This document shows, piece after piece, positions 37,441-48,344 of a DNA stretch of 64,000 nucleotides. The stretch's first letter is position 1, and each line of letters starts with the position of its first letter. Position numbers and translations under genes: made by a program. The notes under the pieces are model-generated. The model made no database searches, was not told the origin of the DNA, and worked only from the letters and a program-made list of their open reading frames with translations. This DNA comes from Candidatus Sumerlaeaceae bacterium (GTDB taxonomy: Bacteria > Sumerlaeota > Sumerlaeia > Sumerlaeales > Sumerlaeaceae). The stretch covers positions 1 to 64,000 of the forward strand of contig JBMFRB010000007.1 of the NCBI GenBank assembly GCA_049968255.1, given 5' to 3'.

Positions 37441-38808
37441 ATGAGGCGAGTGAAATTCGCCCTCGTCGCTTCAGCCTTCCTGGCTGCGGCAACTGGCATT
37501 CAGGCAGAGCAGCAAGACAAAGGAAAAGACAGGTTAGCTTACAAACTTGAGGAGGGAAGTGTTCTCGAATTCGAGACCTCAGCCACATTTACCAGCATCC
37601 GCGGCGAAGGCGTAGAGACATGGCAGCACAATGCAGAATATACTGTGCTGGCAACGCGAAGCGATAGCTTCGACCTTTTTGCGAAGATCACCCCTAAGCA
37701 GACCGCGCGCCAACGCATGCGTGGCTATGCATGCGATACCGTGCAACTGTCGCCAGATGGGAAAATTCTCAAACAGGGGCAACTTTTGCCGCAGGGCATT
37801 TTCCCGGGCTGGTCAGTGAATTTTGAGTTGCCCCAACTCGTGAACGAAGAGAACGGAGCAACAATTGACTACCGCGATCCGATCATGATGCTTCCGCTGC
37901 AGGCAAAAGTGACGAAGAGTGTCAAGGACGGCGTCGTTACCCAAAAACTTGTCGCCGACCCCAATAGCAAGGTTTTAGAAAAGCTCCCTTTGAAAATCAA
38001 AGTCCTAGAGGTTGAGAATACGTTCTCGGAAAAAGAGGGGTTGCCCCTTGCAACACATCTTCAGTTTGACGTGGTCATCCAAGTTTCGCAGGATGGGACC
38101 ACCCGCGAAATTGCTCTGGAGGGAGAAGCAAAGCGCACGGGCAAGAGCACAATGACCAAAGAAGCGTTGGCAAAGCTCAAAGAGGACGCGGCGTTAGGTG
38201 TGACAACGTTTAAAGCTTTGCGCGAAGCAGTGGCCGGAGAAGGTGCGGACACGACGGGAGCCACCAAGGCCATCGATGCGTATTTGGCGAAGTTCCCTGA
38301 CGGCCAGTTTGCACCGCTGCTAAAAGACATTCGCTCGCAGGTGGAGTTGAGCGTAACTCAAGCAAACAACTGGGCCCAAATTCGCGAAGGCAAAATTGCC
38401 CCGAACTTTACAACCACGGCACTCGATGGCTCAGCAATCGACTTGGCTAAACTGAGGGGAAAAGTTGTTGTGCTCGACTTTTGGGCGACCTGGTGTGGTC
38501 CCTGCCGCCAGCTCGTGCCGAAGATGAAAGAACTCTATGAGCAGAACAAAGACAAAGCCTTTGCGATGATTGGAATCAGCGCCGACCACAGCGTAGATGA
38601 TTTGAAAGAGTACGTGAAGGATCAGGAGATTGCCTGGCCGCAGGTCTATGAGGGCGATGGGGGCACGACGACAGTGCTTCATACCTACGGCGTGTCAAAG
38701 TTTCCAACGCTCGTTGTCGTGGATAAGAAGGGCGTGATCCGCGGAGTTGATGTGCATCCGCCTGAATTGAATGAGCTCGTCGAAAAGCTTGTGAAAGAGG
38801 AAAAGTAA
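37441..38808 (+). CDS. Exported protein with C-terminal TlpA/ResA-like thioredoxin domain
   Basis: AAGGAG RBS; signal peptide; DFWATWCGPC; about 300 aa unassigned N-terminal region. Confidence 0.85.
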   Translation: MRRVKFALVASAFLAAATGIQAEQQDKGKDRLAYKLEEGSVLEFETSATFTSIRGEGVETWQHNAEYTVLATRSDSFDLFAKITPKQTARQRMRGYACDTVQLSPDGKILKQGQLLPQGIFPGWSVNFELPQLVNEENGATIDYRDPIMMLPLQAKVTKSVKDGVVTQKLVADPNSKVLEKLPLKIKVLEVENTFSEKEGLPLATHLQFDVVIQVSQDGTTREIALEGEAKRTGKSTMTKEALAKLKEDAALGVTTFKALREAVAGEGADTTGATKAIDAYLAKFPDGQFAPLLKDIRSQVELSVTQANNWAQIREGKIAPNFTTTALDGSAIDLAKLRGKVVVLDFWATWCGPCRQLVPKMKELYEQNKDKAFAMIGISADHSVDDLKEYVKDQEIAWPQVYEGDGGTTTVLHTYGVSKFPTLVVVDKKGVIRGVDVHPPELNELVEKLVKEEK

Positions 38809-38862
38809 ACAGGCTCCCTTACTCGGAGCGCTGCTCTTCATAGCGGCGCAGGGACTGAAACT

Positions 38863-38900
38863 TCGGCGCGAAGCAAAATTGCTTCACGCCGATTTTCTTT
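38863..38900 (+). terminator. Putative, possibly bidirectional, intrinsic terminator
   Basis: TCGGCGCGAAGCA-AAAT-TGCTTCACGCCGA followed by TTTTCTTT, between convergent genes. Confidence 0.7.
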
Positions 38901-38957
38901 GCCGAGGTAAGAGGGAGCTTGGGCGCTTTGAAATAGGGAGGGGACACGAGGTTCGGC

Positions 38958-39509
38958 TTACATGAAACCCAGCTTGAGTCGTGCCACATCGGACATCATC
39001 CCCATGTGCCAAGGGGGATCCCAAGTGAGCTCGACTTCCACGTTACGAACTCCCGGGACGCTCGCCACCTTCTGCCGTACCTCAGGAGGAAGCGAGCCAG
39101 CCACGGGACACATGGGGGAGGTCAGTGTCATCTGAATGTAAACATCGCCGTTTTCGCGCACATCCAAGCGATAAACGAGCCCCAGTTCCCAGATGTCCAC
39201 TGGGATCTCTGGATCATAAACGGTGTGAAGCATCTGGATGATTTGTTCGCGAAGCTGGGAGTGGTCGGTTTCGCCTGTCGCCGGCAGCGCTTGAACAGAT
39301 TGATTGGTGTCGCTGGCAGCTCCGTCGGCGGGGGCATCTGACTGGGGCAAAGTCTCACTGGCTGAAGGGGCAATGTGCCCAAAGGCGGGACTGGAACTTG
39401 GGGCAACAGCTTGCGAGGGCCACGCTGCTTGCGCGCCACTTGCTCCTGCCGACAACACATCATCTGTATGATGATCGGAATTGGGCTGGGCCTCTTGCGA
39501 CTCGGTCAT
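38958..39509 (-). CDS. sufT: SUF system Fe-S assembly protein (DUF59)
   Basis: VYDPEIPVDIWELGLVY, MTLTSPMCPVAG, WDPPW; low-complexity N-terminal extension. Confidence 0.9.
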   Translation of the reverse strand: MTESQEAQPNSDHHTDDVLSAGASGAQAAWPSQAVAPSSSPAFGHIAPSASETLPQSDAPADGAASDTNQSVQALPATGETDHSQLREQIIQMLHTVYDPEIPVDIWELGLVYRLDVRENGDVYIQMTLTSPMCPVAGSLPPEVRQKVASVPGVRNVEVELTWDPPWHMGMMSDVARLKLGFM

Positions 39510-39552
39510 TGAGCAACACCTCCATTAGTTTGCATGAACTCATGAGCGCAAA

Positions 39553-40017
39553 TTACTCGGTCGAAACAGGCTTCTCCGCTTCGCCTTCGAGCGCTGCCTT
39601 GAGGGTGTGCCACGGAAGAGTGGCGCACTTGACACGTACCGGATACTCGCACACACCGGAAAAAACGAGCAACTTGCCGAGCTTTTTTTGGAAATCTGGA
39701 TTTTTCGCTTTGCCTGTGACCAGATCGTGAAATTTTTCAAAGAGTTCACGCGCTTCCGCGAGGGTTTTCCCCTTGAGCACTTGGGTCATGAGCGATGCCG
39801 AAGCTGTGGAAATCGAACAGCCAGCGCCATGGAAGGTGATTTCTTCAATCACGTCGCCGTTCATTTTCACGAAAACTTCTACTTTGTCGCCACAAAGCGG
39901 GTTCATCCCCTGGGCTTTGCGGTCAGCATTCTCAAGGCGACGGAAATTTCGAGGGCGCTTTGTGTGATCGATGATGACTTCTTGATAAAGCTCTTTGAGG
40001 TCAGAGGAGAGGTTCAT
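39553..40017 (-). CDS. sufU: SUF system NifU-family protein
   Basis: [35 protein letters not shown]. Confidence 0.95.
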   Translation of the reverse strand: MNLSSDLKELYQEVIIDHTKRPRNFRRLENADRKAQGMNPLCGDKVEVFVKMNGDVIEEITFHGAGCSISTASASLMTQVLKGKTLAEARELFEKFHDLVTGKAKNPDFQKKLGKLLVFSGVCEYPVRVKCATLPWHTLKAALEGEAEKPVSTE

Positions 40018-41282
40018 TTGAACACCTCGCGGACTTTTTCCAGCGTGTCGAGAAGTAGATCTATCTCGTGTGTCGTATTGTAGAAAGCAAAGGAGGCCCG
40101 AACTGTGGCGGGAACACCGAACCGATCCATAACAGGCTGCGCGCAGTGATGACCTGTTCGCACTGCAACCCCGAACTGATCAAGGATAGTGCCCACATCA
40201 TGGGGATGAACACCACGCAGGTTGAACGAGACAAGTGCAGCCCGGTCCTGCGCCTGGCCGATGATCTGGACATGCTCGCATGCCGAAAGGCGCTCGGTGG
40301 CGTAGTCGAGCAAATGTTTTTCGTAAGCCGCAATCTTTTCTAATCCAATGGACTGAACATAATCGAGCGCAGCGCCTAAGCCTATGACACCGGCAATGTT
40401 TGGGGTTCCTGCTTCGAACTTATAGGGGATTTCGTTGTACGTTGTTTTCTCAAATGTCACTGAAGCGATCATATCGCCGCCGCCCTGATAGGGTGGCATA
40501 GCTTCGAGAAGCTCGGCCCGCGCATAGAGGACGCCGATACCTGTTGGGCCGAAAATTTTGTGACCGGAAAATGCATAAAAGTCGCAATCAAGCGCTTGAA
40601 CATCGACAGGCATGTGGGCCACTGCCTGGGCACCATCCACAAGCACAGGTACACCCCGGTCGTGTGCGAGGCGGATGATTTCAGCCACGGGATTGATAGT
40701 CCCCAACGCATTCGAAATGTGCGTGATTGCCACAAGCTTTGTGCGCTGCGAAAGAAGATTGGGGATCGCATCGAAAACAAGTTCGCCACGATCGGTCATA
40801 GGGATGACACGCAGCCGCGCCCCTTTTTCTTCACAAAGCATCTGCCAGGGAACGATGTTCGAATGGTGCTCCATCGCACTGATAAGCACTTCATCACCTG
40901 CGCCAACGCGGACTGCTCCAAACGTGCGAGCCACCAAATTGATAGCTTCGGTGGTGCCTCGCACAAAGACGATCTCACGAGCCTCGCGCGCATTGATAAA
41001 GGCACGCACTTTTTCCCGGACATTCTCGTAGGCCTCGGTTGCGATCATGCTGAGGTGGTGCACACCCCGGTGGATGTTTGCGTTTTCGCTCTCGTAATAG
41101 CGACGCAAGCGTTCGATCACTACCAGAGGCTTTTGCGTAGTGGCCGCATTATCGAGATAGACAAGGGGACGTCCGCGCACAACCGTGCGCAAGATGGGAA
41201 AATCCTCGCGCACACGCTCGACATCGAGTGCAAGTTCCGTCAGTTGGTTGTGCCCATGCACCATATCCGACTGAAGCATCAT
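40014..41282 (-). CDS. sufS: Cysteine desulfurase
   Basis: [29 protein letters not shown]. Confidence 0.96.
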   Translation of the reverse strand: MMLQSDMVHGHNQLTELALDVERVREDFPILRTVVRGRPLVYLDNAATTQKPLVVIERLRRYYESENANIHRGVHHLSMIATEAYENVREKVRAFINAREAREIVFVRGTTEAINLVARTFGAVRVGAGDEVLISAMEHHSNIVPWQMLCEEKGARLRVIPMTDRGELVFDAIPNLLSQRTKLVAITHISNALGTINPVAEIIRLAHDRGVPVLVDGAQAVAHMPVDVQALDCDFYAFSGHKIFGPTGIGVLYARAELLEAMPPYQGGGDMIASVTFEKTTYNEIPYKFEAGTPNIAGVIGLGAALDYVQSIGLEKIAAYEKHLLDYATERLSACEHVQIIGQAQDRAALVSFNLRGVHPHDVGTILDQFGVAVRTGHHCAQPVMDRFGVPATVRASFAFYNTTHEIDLLLDTLEKVREVFK

Positions 41283-42613
41283 TTCACCTCCAGCAACCCT
41301 CGATCAAATGCGAGATGCTCCACTTCCAAAATACTGAGTTCGAGCCACTCGCGCAGGGCCGCAACCTCTATGCGACGCAGAACATCGTTGGCAAAGGCGT
41401 AGGTGAGAAGGCCGCGCGCCTGATCCGCAGCAATTCCGCGCGATTGGAGATAGAAAAGAGCCTGCTCGTCGAGGTGCCCCACTGTAGCGCCGTGGGTGCA
41501 CTTCACGTCGTCTGCATAAATTTCAAGCTGAGGGTTCGCGTTCACAACAGCATCGCGTGAAAGAAGTAGGTTTTTGTTTGTCTGTTTGGCGTCTGTCTTT
41601 TGTGCAGCGGGGCGCACGATAATGCGTCCATTGAATACGCCATGCGCTCGCCCCTCTAAGATTCCTTTCACGACCTCCCAGCTTGGGCAGTGCGGTGCTG
41701 CATGCTCAATGACCGAGTGGAGATCGGAGAGCTGGTCGCCGTCAATACGGTAGAGACCGTAAAGGGTCGTCTCGGCGCCTGGCTCTGCCAAGCGAATGCG
41801 GACATCGGCGCGTGTGAGTCGAGCCCCGTAGTTCACGCCTAAAAATTCGTACGCTCCTTGGGCACGGACATTTGCCTGAATTGCAGCGATGTGGAATGCT
41901 ACGGTGGTGTCGCTTTGCGCACGATAGTGCGTTACACGCGCCCCTGGTTTCACATGGAACTCAAACACTGGATTTGTGAAATAGGGGGTATCGCCCGTGC
42001 CCGCGTGAACTTCAATCAGGCTAAGGCGGCTCGCATCTTCGGCGATGACAAGCACACGCGGGTAAGAGACAACAGGATCAGACTCTGTTGGGATAGTCCA
42101 AAAGATAAGCTCCAGCGGCAGCGCAGGTTTGGCCTGTGAAGCAACGCGCACAACAAGCGCTTCGCAGAACTGAGCGGTGTTGAGCGCCGCAAAAGGGAGC
42201 TCCTCCATCGGAACAAAGCGCCCGAAATGTTGATGCAGGTCACTGCCTCCGCGGGCGATAGCTTTGTCGAGCGCAAGAACTTCAACGCCCGAAGACGGAT
42301 GCGGCAACGTCGAGAGTGAAGGCACGAAGTAGCCATTGACGATGACAGCGCGCCAGCCACCGAAAGTTTCGGGGACGGCTTTGAGCAGCTCCGCCGGAGG
42401 AACAACTTGGTTAGCGCGCGTGAATTCATGTCTGGGGAATTTTCCCAGCGGGGTGAACCGCCATTCCTCGTCATGCGCATCCGGGAGCCCTTTTTGAGCG
42501 AAGAGCGACTCTGCTTTTTCGCGCAAATCTCGCAGCCATTGCGGCTCGCCAGCCGCGCTAAAACGGCCGACTAACGAATTGTATGCAGGGGCGTCGTTGA
42601 GAACCTGGGTCAT
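41279..42613 (-). CDS. sufD: Fe-S cluster assembly protein SufD
   Basis: [32 protein letters not shown]; start moved to MTQVL after GAAAGG. Confidence 0.95.
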   Translation of the reverse strand: MTQVLNDAPAYNSLVGRFSAAGEPQWLRDLREKAESLFAQKGLPDAHDEEWRFTPLGKFPRHEFTRANQVVPPAELLKAVPETFGGWRAVIVNGYFVPSLSTLPHPSSGVEVLALDKAIARGGSDLHQHFGRFVPMEELPFAALNTAQFCEALVVRVASQAKPALPLELIFWTIPTESDPVVSYPRVLVIAEDASRLSLIEVHAGTGDTPYFTNPVFEFHVKPGARVTHYRAQSDTTVAFHIAAIQANVRAQGAYEFLGVNYGARLTRADVRIRLAEPGAETTLYGLYRIDGDQLSDLHSVIEHAAPHCPSWEVVKGILEGRAHGVFNGRIIVRPAAQKTDAKQTNKNLLLSRDAVVNANPQLEIYADDVKCTHGATVGHLDEQALFYLQSRGIAADQARGLLTYAFANDVLRRIEVAALREWLELSILEVEHLAFDRGLLEVK

Positions 42614-42648
42614 CGTCGTCAATCCTTTCTGGTCATGGGGAGCTGTTT

Positions 42649-43407
42649 TCACGAGGCGAAGGCTTCTTCGAGCCACGAATAGCCTTTCTCTTCGAGTTCT
42701 AGGGCGAGCTCCTTGCCCCCGGTCTTCACTATTCGGCCGTTTGCGAGAACATGGACGACGTCGGGAACGATGTAGTCGAGCAGTCGCTGGTAGTGCGTGA
42801 CGACAAGCATGGAGCGCTCGGGACTGCGCAGGGCATTGACGCCATTGGCAACGATTTTGAGGGCGTCGATGTCGAGACCGCTGTCGGTCTCATCGAGGAT
42901 GCAAAACTTCGGTTCGAGGACAGCCATCTGGAAAATTTCGTTTCTCTTTTTTTCGCCGCCCGAGAACCCCTCATTGACGGAGCGCTGGAGAAGCTCGTCG
43001 TTCATTTCAAGCAAACGCATCTTTTCGCGGATGAGCGAGAGGAATTCCATTGCGTCGAGCTCTTCGAGACCGTGGTACTTCCGAATAGCGTTGAGAGCGG
43101 CTCGGAGAAAGTATGTGTTCGAGACGCCAGGGATCTCGACAGGATATTGGAAGGCAAGAAAGATGCCTTCGCAGGCGCGTTCTTCCGGTTCGAGCTCAAG
43201 CAGGTTTTTGCCTTCGAAGAGGATTTCGCCTTGCGTCACTTCGTAAATATCGCGGCCAGCAATGACCTGCGCGAGCGTGCTTTTGCCCGAGCCATTGGGC
43301 CCCATGATGGCGTGGACTTCGCCCTTCTCAATCGTGAGATCGAGCCCACGCAGGATTTCTTTTCCCTCGACGGTGACGTGAAGGTTTTTGATTTCAAGCA
43401 TTGCCAT
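42649..43407 (-). CDS. sufC: Fe-S cluster assembly ATPase SufC
   Basis: [36 protein letters not shown]. Confidence 0.97.
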   Translation of the reverse strand: MAMLEIKNLHVTVEGKEILRGLDLTIEKGEVHAIMGPNGSGKSTLAQVIAGRDIYEVTQGEILFEGKNLLELEPEERACEGIFLAFQYPVEIPGVSNTYFLRAALNAIRKYHGLEELDAMEFLSLIREKMRLLEMNDELLQRSVNEGFSGGEKKRNEIFQMAVLEPKFCILDETDSGLDIDALKIVANGVNALRSPERSMLVVTHYQRLLDYIVPDVVHVLANGRIVKTGGKELALELEEKGYSWLEEAFAS

Positions 43408-43470
43408 AGGTCGTCATCTCTTTTCGTTGTTGTCGGATTTGTTGTTTAGGAGCGCGCGATCCGACGAAAC

Positions 43471-44919
43471 TTAGCCTACACTGCCTTCCAGGCTGATGCT
43501 GAGAAGCTTCTGCGCTTCGACGGCGAATTCCATAGGGAGTTCGCGGAAGACCTCTTTGCAGAAACCATTCACAATCATGGAAACGGCGTCCTCTTTCGAG
43601 ATGCCGCGTTGCTGACAGTAGAATAGCTGGTCTTCGTTGATTTTGGAGGTAGAAGCCTCGTGCTCCATGGTCGCCGTTGGGTTTTGCACTTCCACATAGG
43701 GGAACGTGTGAGCTCCGCACTTATCGCCGATGAGTAACGAGTCGCACTGCGAGAAATTCCGTGCATGTTCTGCAGTCTTGAGAATCCGTACGGCCCCGCG
43801 ATAGGAGTTTTGACTGCGACCAGCGGAGATCCCCTTCGATACAATGGTGCTGCGTGTGTTCTTGCCGATGTGAATCATCTTCGTTCCGGTGTCGGCCTGT
43901 TGGAAATTATTGGTGAAGGCGACCGAGTAGAACTCCCCCACGGAGTTGTCGCCGAGCAGGATGCAGCTTGGATATTTCCAGGTAATTGCGGAACCGGTCT
44001 CAACCTGCGTCCACGAGATTTTTGAGTTTTTTCCGAGGCACTTGCCGCGCTTTGTGACGAAGTTGTAAATTCCGCCTCGCCCTTCTTTATCGCCGGGATA
44101 CCAATTCTGAACTGTCGAGTATTTGATCGTGGCGTTGTCCAGGGCAACGAGCTCCACAACCGCGGCGTGGAGCTGATTTTCATCGCGCATGGGCGCAGTG
44201 CAACCTTCGAGATAGCTAACGTAAGCACCTTCGTCGGCGATAATCAGGGTACGCTCGAATTGTCCCGTTTTTGCAGCATTGATGCGGAAGTAGGTCGAAA
44301 GCTCCATCGGACAACGCACGCCCTTGGGAACGTAGCAGAATGAACCATCGCTAAAGACCGCGGCGTTCAATGCGGCGAAGAAATTGTCCGTAAAGGGAAC
44401 CACACTACCGAGGTATTTGCGCACGAGGTCGGGATGCTCTTGCACCGCCTCGGAAAATGCGCAGAAAATTATGCCGAGGTCTTTGAGTTTCTCTTTGAAC
44501 GTTGTGGCCACGGAAACACTGTCGAAGACTGCATCGACGGCAACACCCGCGAGGATTTCTTGCTCTCGCAGCGGAATGCCAAGCTTCTCATAAGTCCGCA
44601 GTAGCTCGGGGTCCACCTCGTCCAGACTTTTCGGCCGATCTTTCAGGGATTTTGGCGCTGCATAATAGTAAATATCTTGATAGTCGATCGGGGGGTAATG
44701 GACGTTGGCCCAGTGTGGCTCCTTCATTGTGAGCCAATGACGATAGGCTTTGAGCCGCCATTCCAGAAGCCAATCGGGTTCCTTTTTTCGTTCGGAGATC
44801 ATTCGGATGATTTCTTCATTCAGCCCCTTCGGAACCGTTTCCGCTTCGATGGGAGAAACGAAGCCGTACTTATATTCTTGCTGGGCAAGATTTTCGACTT
44901 CGCGGGTGTCAGTGGTCAT
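43471..44919 (-). CDS. sufB: Fe-S cluster assembly protein SufB
   Basis: [37 protein letters not shown]. Confidence 0.97.
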   Translation of the reverse strand: MTTDTREVENLAQQEYKYGFVSPIEAETVPKGLNEEIIRMISERKKEPDWLLEWRLKAYRHWLTMKEPHWANVHYPPIDYQDIYYYAAPKSLKDRPKSLDEVDPELLRTYEKLGIPLREQEILAGVAVDAVFDSVSVATTFKEKLKDLGIIFCAFSEAVQEHPDLVRKYLGSVVPFTDNFFAALNAAVFSDGSFCYVPKGVRCPMELSTYFRINAAKTGQFERTLIIADEGAYVSYLEGCTAPMRDENQLHAAVVELVALDNATIKYSTVQNWYPGDKEGRGGIYNFVTKRGKCLGKNSKISWTQVETGSAITWKYPSCILLGDNSVGEFYSVAFTNNFQQADTGTKMIHIGKNTRSTIVSKGISAGRSQNSYRGAVRILKTAEHARNFSQCDSLLIGDKCGAHTFPYVEVQNPTATMEHEASTSKINEDQLFYCQQRGISKEDAVSMIVNGFCKEVFRELPMEFAVEAQKLLSISLEGSVG

Positions 44920-44925
44920 ATTGGT

Positions 44926-45504
44926 TTACTCCTTATGCTTGGCTTTAGCCGCTCCTGAGCTTGGTGAGTGGCGTTCTGGTGCCGCGGCTGTGTTGAGCGA
45001 GAATTTCGAGTTTTGGGCTTTTGATGGATTATTCGCCTTGTTGGGAGAATCGCCTTTGGCGTCGAGAGCGGCCTCGATGCGCTGGCTGTGCATAGCAGCT
45101 TTTCGCGCCAACTCTGCCAGTGTGACGCTCTCGAGGGTGGACTTTATCGCATCATTGAGATCCGCCCAGGTGGGGCGAAGCGGGCAGAGGAGCTGCAGAA
45201 GGCAGTCGGTCTCGCCGCCCTGCTGACATTCCGTGATAGCCACTGGCCCCTCGAGGACTTCCACAATCCGTGGAAGCGTGATTTCCTCAGGCGGCTTTCC
45301 AAGGCTATAGCCCCCATGCACACCACGATGGGCCTTGAGAAGGCCGCCTTTGGCAAACGCCTTGAGAAGCTTGCTCACTGTCGGCACTGGTAAATGAACG
45401 GCACTGGCAACGTCGCGGGCATTCCATATCCGCCTCTCCAAGTTATTGGCAAAGTGGGTCATCACTACCAGCCCGTAATCAGTGAGTTTTGTAAGTCGGA
45501 TCAT
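44926..45504 (-). CDS. Rrf2-family SUF system transcriptional regulator
   Basis: MIRLTKLTDYG, RGVHGGY, three Cys (ITEC...DC...LC); first gene of the suf operon. Confidence 0.92.
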   Translation of the reverse strand: MIRLTKLTDYGLVVMTHFANNLERRIWNARDVASAVHLPVPTVSKLLKAFAKGGLLKAHRGVHGGYSLGKPPEEITLPRIVEVLEGPVAITECQQGGETDCLLQLLCPLRPTWADLNDAIKSTLESVTLAELARKAAMHSQRIEAALDAKGDSPNKANNPSKAQNSKFSLNTAAAPERHSPSSGAAKAKHKE

Positions 45505-45521
45505 TGCGCGCTCCTTGAAAT

Positions 45522-45538
45522 AGTACTAAATTAGTTCT
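45522..45538. promoter_or_regulatory. Putative Rrf2 operator (imperfect palindrome) upstream of the suf operon
   Basis: AGTACTAA-A-TTAGTTCT, 7 of 8 bp symmetric, 17 bp from the regulator start codon. Confidence 0.6.
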
Positions 45539-45856
45539 TCTTTATTCTTTTGTGGCGTGACGCGTTTTTTCTCAGCGCGCATGTGAGCCTACCGACCTTG
45601 AACATAGACCTGAACTCTCGCGCATTTTGCACCGCCAAGCTTCGCATACTCGCTGAGATCATGCTAGACGTCTACCGTACAAAATGTACCGTGGCGGGTC
45701 CTATTTTATTACAGGTCAAGTGAAAAGAAGGATCATGCGAACGACTAGCGCTTTTTCGTAGCAGATAACGTCCGGTAGGTCACATTCACGTGGGGTCATG
45801 CCCGGGCGGATTCTTTTCTTGCGTGGCATGGGTGGGCACGATTGTGAATCTACGAG

Positions 45857-46615
45857 ATGCGACAAAAACTGCCAGACATTGATCGCTCGACGCCGAAGGA
45901 CAAGGGTTGGGAACCTGAGGGACAGACGCGCGAGCCACTCGTTTCTATCATCATTCCGATTTACAATGAGCGTGAATTGCTGCCCGTTGTTTTGGAGGAG
46001 GTTCGACGCCTGCCCCTGAACAAGGAACTGATTCTCGTTGACGATTACTCCGTTGATGGCACGCGAGAGTTGCTCAGGGAAGAGGAAACAAAGCCAAGCA
46101 CACGTGTGCTCTATCACGAGCGCAATCGAGGCAAAGGGGCGGCGATTGTGACAGGACTCAAGGCCGCCAGCGGCGATGTGGTGATTATTCAGGACGCAGA
46201 TATGGAATACGATCCACGCGATATCCTCAAGGTTGTGGAGCCGATTTTTCGTGGCGAAACGCGCGTCTGCTATGGTTCGCGATTCCTTGGGCGAATTGAG
46301 GGAATGCGCCTGCCCAATCGCATTGCAAACTACATTTTAGCCTGGCTTGTGACATTGCTTTACGGCCAGCGCATTACGGATGAAGCCACTGCTTACAAAG
46401 CTTTTCGGCGGGAAGTGATCAAGTCCATTGATCTCAAATGTCAGCGGTTTGAGTTTTGTCCTGAGGTCACTGCGAAAGTGTTGCGCCGTGGGGAGAAAAT
46501 CCTCGAGGTTCCGGTGGTTTATCGGGCACGGACATTCGAGGAGGGGAAGAAAATCGGCTATAAGGACTTTTTCGTCGCGGTGAAGACGCTGTTTCGTTAT
46601 CGTCTTTTCAAGTAA
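45857..46615 (+). CDS. Glycosyltransferase family 2 (polyprenol-phosphate glycosyltransferase-like)
   Basis: IIIPIYNE, VDDYSVDGT, RGKGAA, QDADMEYDP, GSRF, FEFCPEVTAK, EGKKI. Confidence 0.9.
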   Translation: MRQKLPDIDRSTPKDKGWEPEGQTREPLVSIIIPIYNERELLPVVLEEVRRLPLNKELILVDDYSVDGTRELLREEETKPSTRVLYHERNRGKGAAIVTGLKAASGDVVIIQDADMEYDPRDILKVVEPIFRGETRVCYGSRFLGRIEGMRLPNRIANYILAWLVTLLYGQRITDEATAYKAFRREVIKSIDLKCQRFEFCPEVTAKVLRRGEKILEVPVVYRARTFEEGKKIGYKDFFVAVKTLFRYRLFK

Positions 46616-46669
46616 GCATCATTGCAAGATATTCTGTTAAGCATCTCGAGGTCACCGGCTTTGACGGAT

Positions 46670-46710
46670 AAAAAAACGTGCGCCCTTGACGACGTCAAAG
46701 GCGCACTTTT
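46670..46710. terminator. Bidirectional intrinsic terminator
   Basis: A-run, hairpin GTGCGCCCTTGAC-GAC-GTCAAAGGCGCAC, then TTTT; between convergent genes. Confidence 0.72.
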
Positions 46711-46755
46711 ACAAGTGAATTTGCGGATCCGACGGGCTCGACAACGCGAGTAAGT

Positions 46756-47013
46756 TTAGTACTCGTCTTCTTCTGCCTCGTCGGTATAGTCTTCGTCGTC
46801 TTCGTCGCGAGGCTCGAAGAGGTTGCAGCTACTGTCGCCGGAAACCATGAGCTCGTATTCCTCGAGGTCGGGATGAATACACGGAGCGATGGCTTCTTCC
46901 GATGCATCGTCCGGATCCACATCCCAATAAACACAATCCATGCATACGTTTCTGGTTTCGTCGAGATCGTTTGGTTCTTCGTCTTCTTCAAAAGGCTTTC
47001 GACCCTTTGGCAT
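46756..47013 (-). CDS. Small highly acidic four-cysteine protein (85 aa)
   Basis: GGAAAGGAG RBS before ATG 47013; C-x2-C-x17-C-x17-C; downstream terminator. Confidence 0.72.
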   Translation of the reverse strand: MPKGRKPFEEDEEPNDLDETRNVCMDCVYWDVDPDDASEEAIAPCIHPDLEEYELMVSGDSSCNLFEPRDEDDEDYTDEAEEDEY

Positions 47014-47360
47014 AGCCGACTCCTTTCCATCCAGCTTGATTCGCGTGTAATCCCCATGAACCGAGTGCGAGACGCAATGCAAAAGGCGCTCGTGCTCGAT
47101 TCAGTTGCGCAATTCATATTCTTTTCGTCGCACTTCATTCCGCATTTTCACACACAAGTTTTTATTAGAACGTGGCAATGAAAACCGCGGGAAATTTGCT
47201 GGTGATGCAGCGGGTGCAGAAAGGCTCGAGGGAGGCCTGAACTTGATCGCGTGTCGGGTAGGAGAACCGGGAAGGCAAGAAGCGAAATAACGAATAAAGG
47301 CGCGATGGGGAAATATATGCGCACGGCTGTTTTTCTACTGTTGTGGAGGATTTCCATCTG

Positions 47361-47795
47361 ATGAAGACGTATTATCCACAGCCGGGTGATATTGCGGAAA
47401 AGTGGTATTTGATTGATGCCCGGGGTGAAACTCTGGGGCGTCTGGCCTCGCAGATTGCTGCGGTCCTGCGTGGCAAACATTTGCCGACCTATCACCCGGC
47501 CGTAGATCCGAAAACTCATGTGGTGGTCATCAATGCAGATAAGGTGGTGCTGACCGGGCGAAAAATGCGCGAGAAGACTTATTATCGTCATTCCGGTTGG
47601 CCCGGCGGGTTCAAGCAATTTACGGCCGAGGAGATCAACAGGCGCAAGCCTGGCGAGCTCGTTCGCTTGGCTGTCAAGGGGATGCTGCCTAAGAATCGAT
47701 TGGGCGACCGCCTCGTGACACATTTGAAGGTGTATGCGGGTGAGACGCATCCGCATGCTGCTCAAAAACCCCAAGTCGTGAAATTGACGAAGTAG
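47361..47795 (+). CDS. rplM: 50S ribosomal protein L13
   Basis: KWYLIDA...LGRLAS, YYRHSGWPGG, AVKGMLPKN, HPHAAQKP; GGAGG RBS. Confidence 0.98.
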   Translation: MKTYYPQPGDIAEKWYLIDARGETLGRLASQIAAVLRGKHLPTYHPAVDPKTHVVVINADKVVLTGRKMREKTYYRHSGWPGGFKQFTAEEINRRKPGELVRLAVKGMLPKNRLGDRLVTHLKVYAGETHPHAAQKPQVVKLTK

Positions 47796-47820
47796 CTCAC
47801 CGTGAGGAGACATTAAAAAG

Positions 47821-48222
47821 ATGCCAGGAATTATGGAACAGTATTACGCAACGGGTCGGCGCAAAACAGCCAGTGCACGTGTGTTTTTGCGGCCTGGAAA
47901 AGGACGCATCGAAGTCAACGGTGTGCCGTGGGAAGAGTATTTCGGCAACCAAATGGCCATTGAGGCCGTCATCAAGCAGCCTCTCAAAGAGACACACACG
48001 CTGACGAAATATGATTTTAAGATAACGGTCTCGGGTGGCGGCAAGGTAGGTCAGGCGGGAGCTATTTCTCACGGAATTGCTCGAGCACTCGTTGAAGCTA
48101 ATCCTGCATACCGGCCAATTCTCAAGAAGGCTGGTCTCCTCACGCGCGACCCGCGCATGAAAGAGCGCAAGAAGTACGGGCAAAAGGGCGCGCGCAAGCG
48201 TTTCCAATTCTCCAAGCGCTAG
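47821..48222 (+). CDS. rpsI: 30S ribosomal protein S9
   Basis: [34 protein letters not shown]...QFSKR. Confidence 0.98.
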   Translation: MPGIMEQYYATGRRKTASARVFLRPGKGRIEVNGVPWEEYFGNQMAIEAVIKQPLKETHTLTKYDFKITVSGGGKVGQAGAISHGIARALVEANPAYRPILKKAGLLTRDPRMKERKKYGQKGARKRFQFSKR

Positions 48223-48250
48223 TCGCGAAGGTTGCGAACATTTCTGGTGT

Positions 48251-48286
48251 GGACCTGCAGTCGAAAAGGCTGCAGGTTCCTTTTTT
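48251..48286 (+). terminator. Rho-independent terminator of rplM-rpsI
   Basis: GGACCTGCAGTC-GAAAA-GGCTGCAGGTTCC followed by TTTTTT. Confidence 0.85.
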
Positions 48287-48344
48287 GGTAGCGAATTTCT
48301 GCCCTTGCGATTTCCTTCAACCAAGGCACGACACCATAGGCGAA

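Noticed and set aside
38958-45504. Rrf2-sufBCDSUT operon as a novel system
   Set aside because: This is a known architecture; only the operator is flagged.
45784-45849. Imperfect long hairpin before the GT2 gene (ATTCAC/GTGAAT, CATGCC/GGCATG)
   Set aside because: Pairing is fragmented and resembles no riboswitch I know; it would need covariation support.
47014-47360. Possible structured ribosomal leader or sRNA upstream of rplM
   Set aside because: No convincing stem-loops or conserved motif seen by eye.
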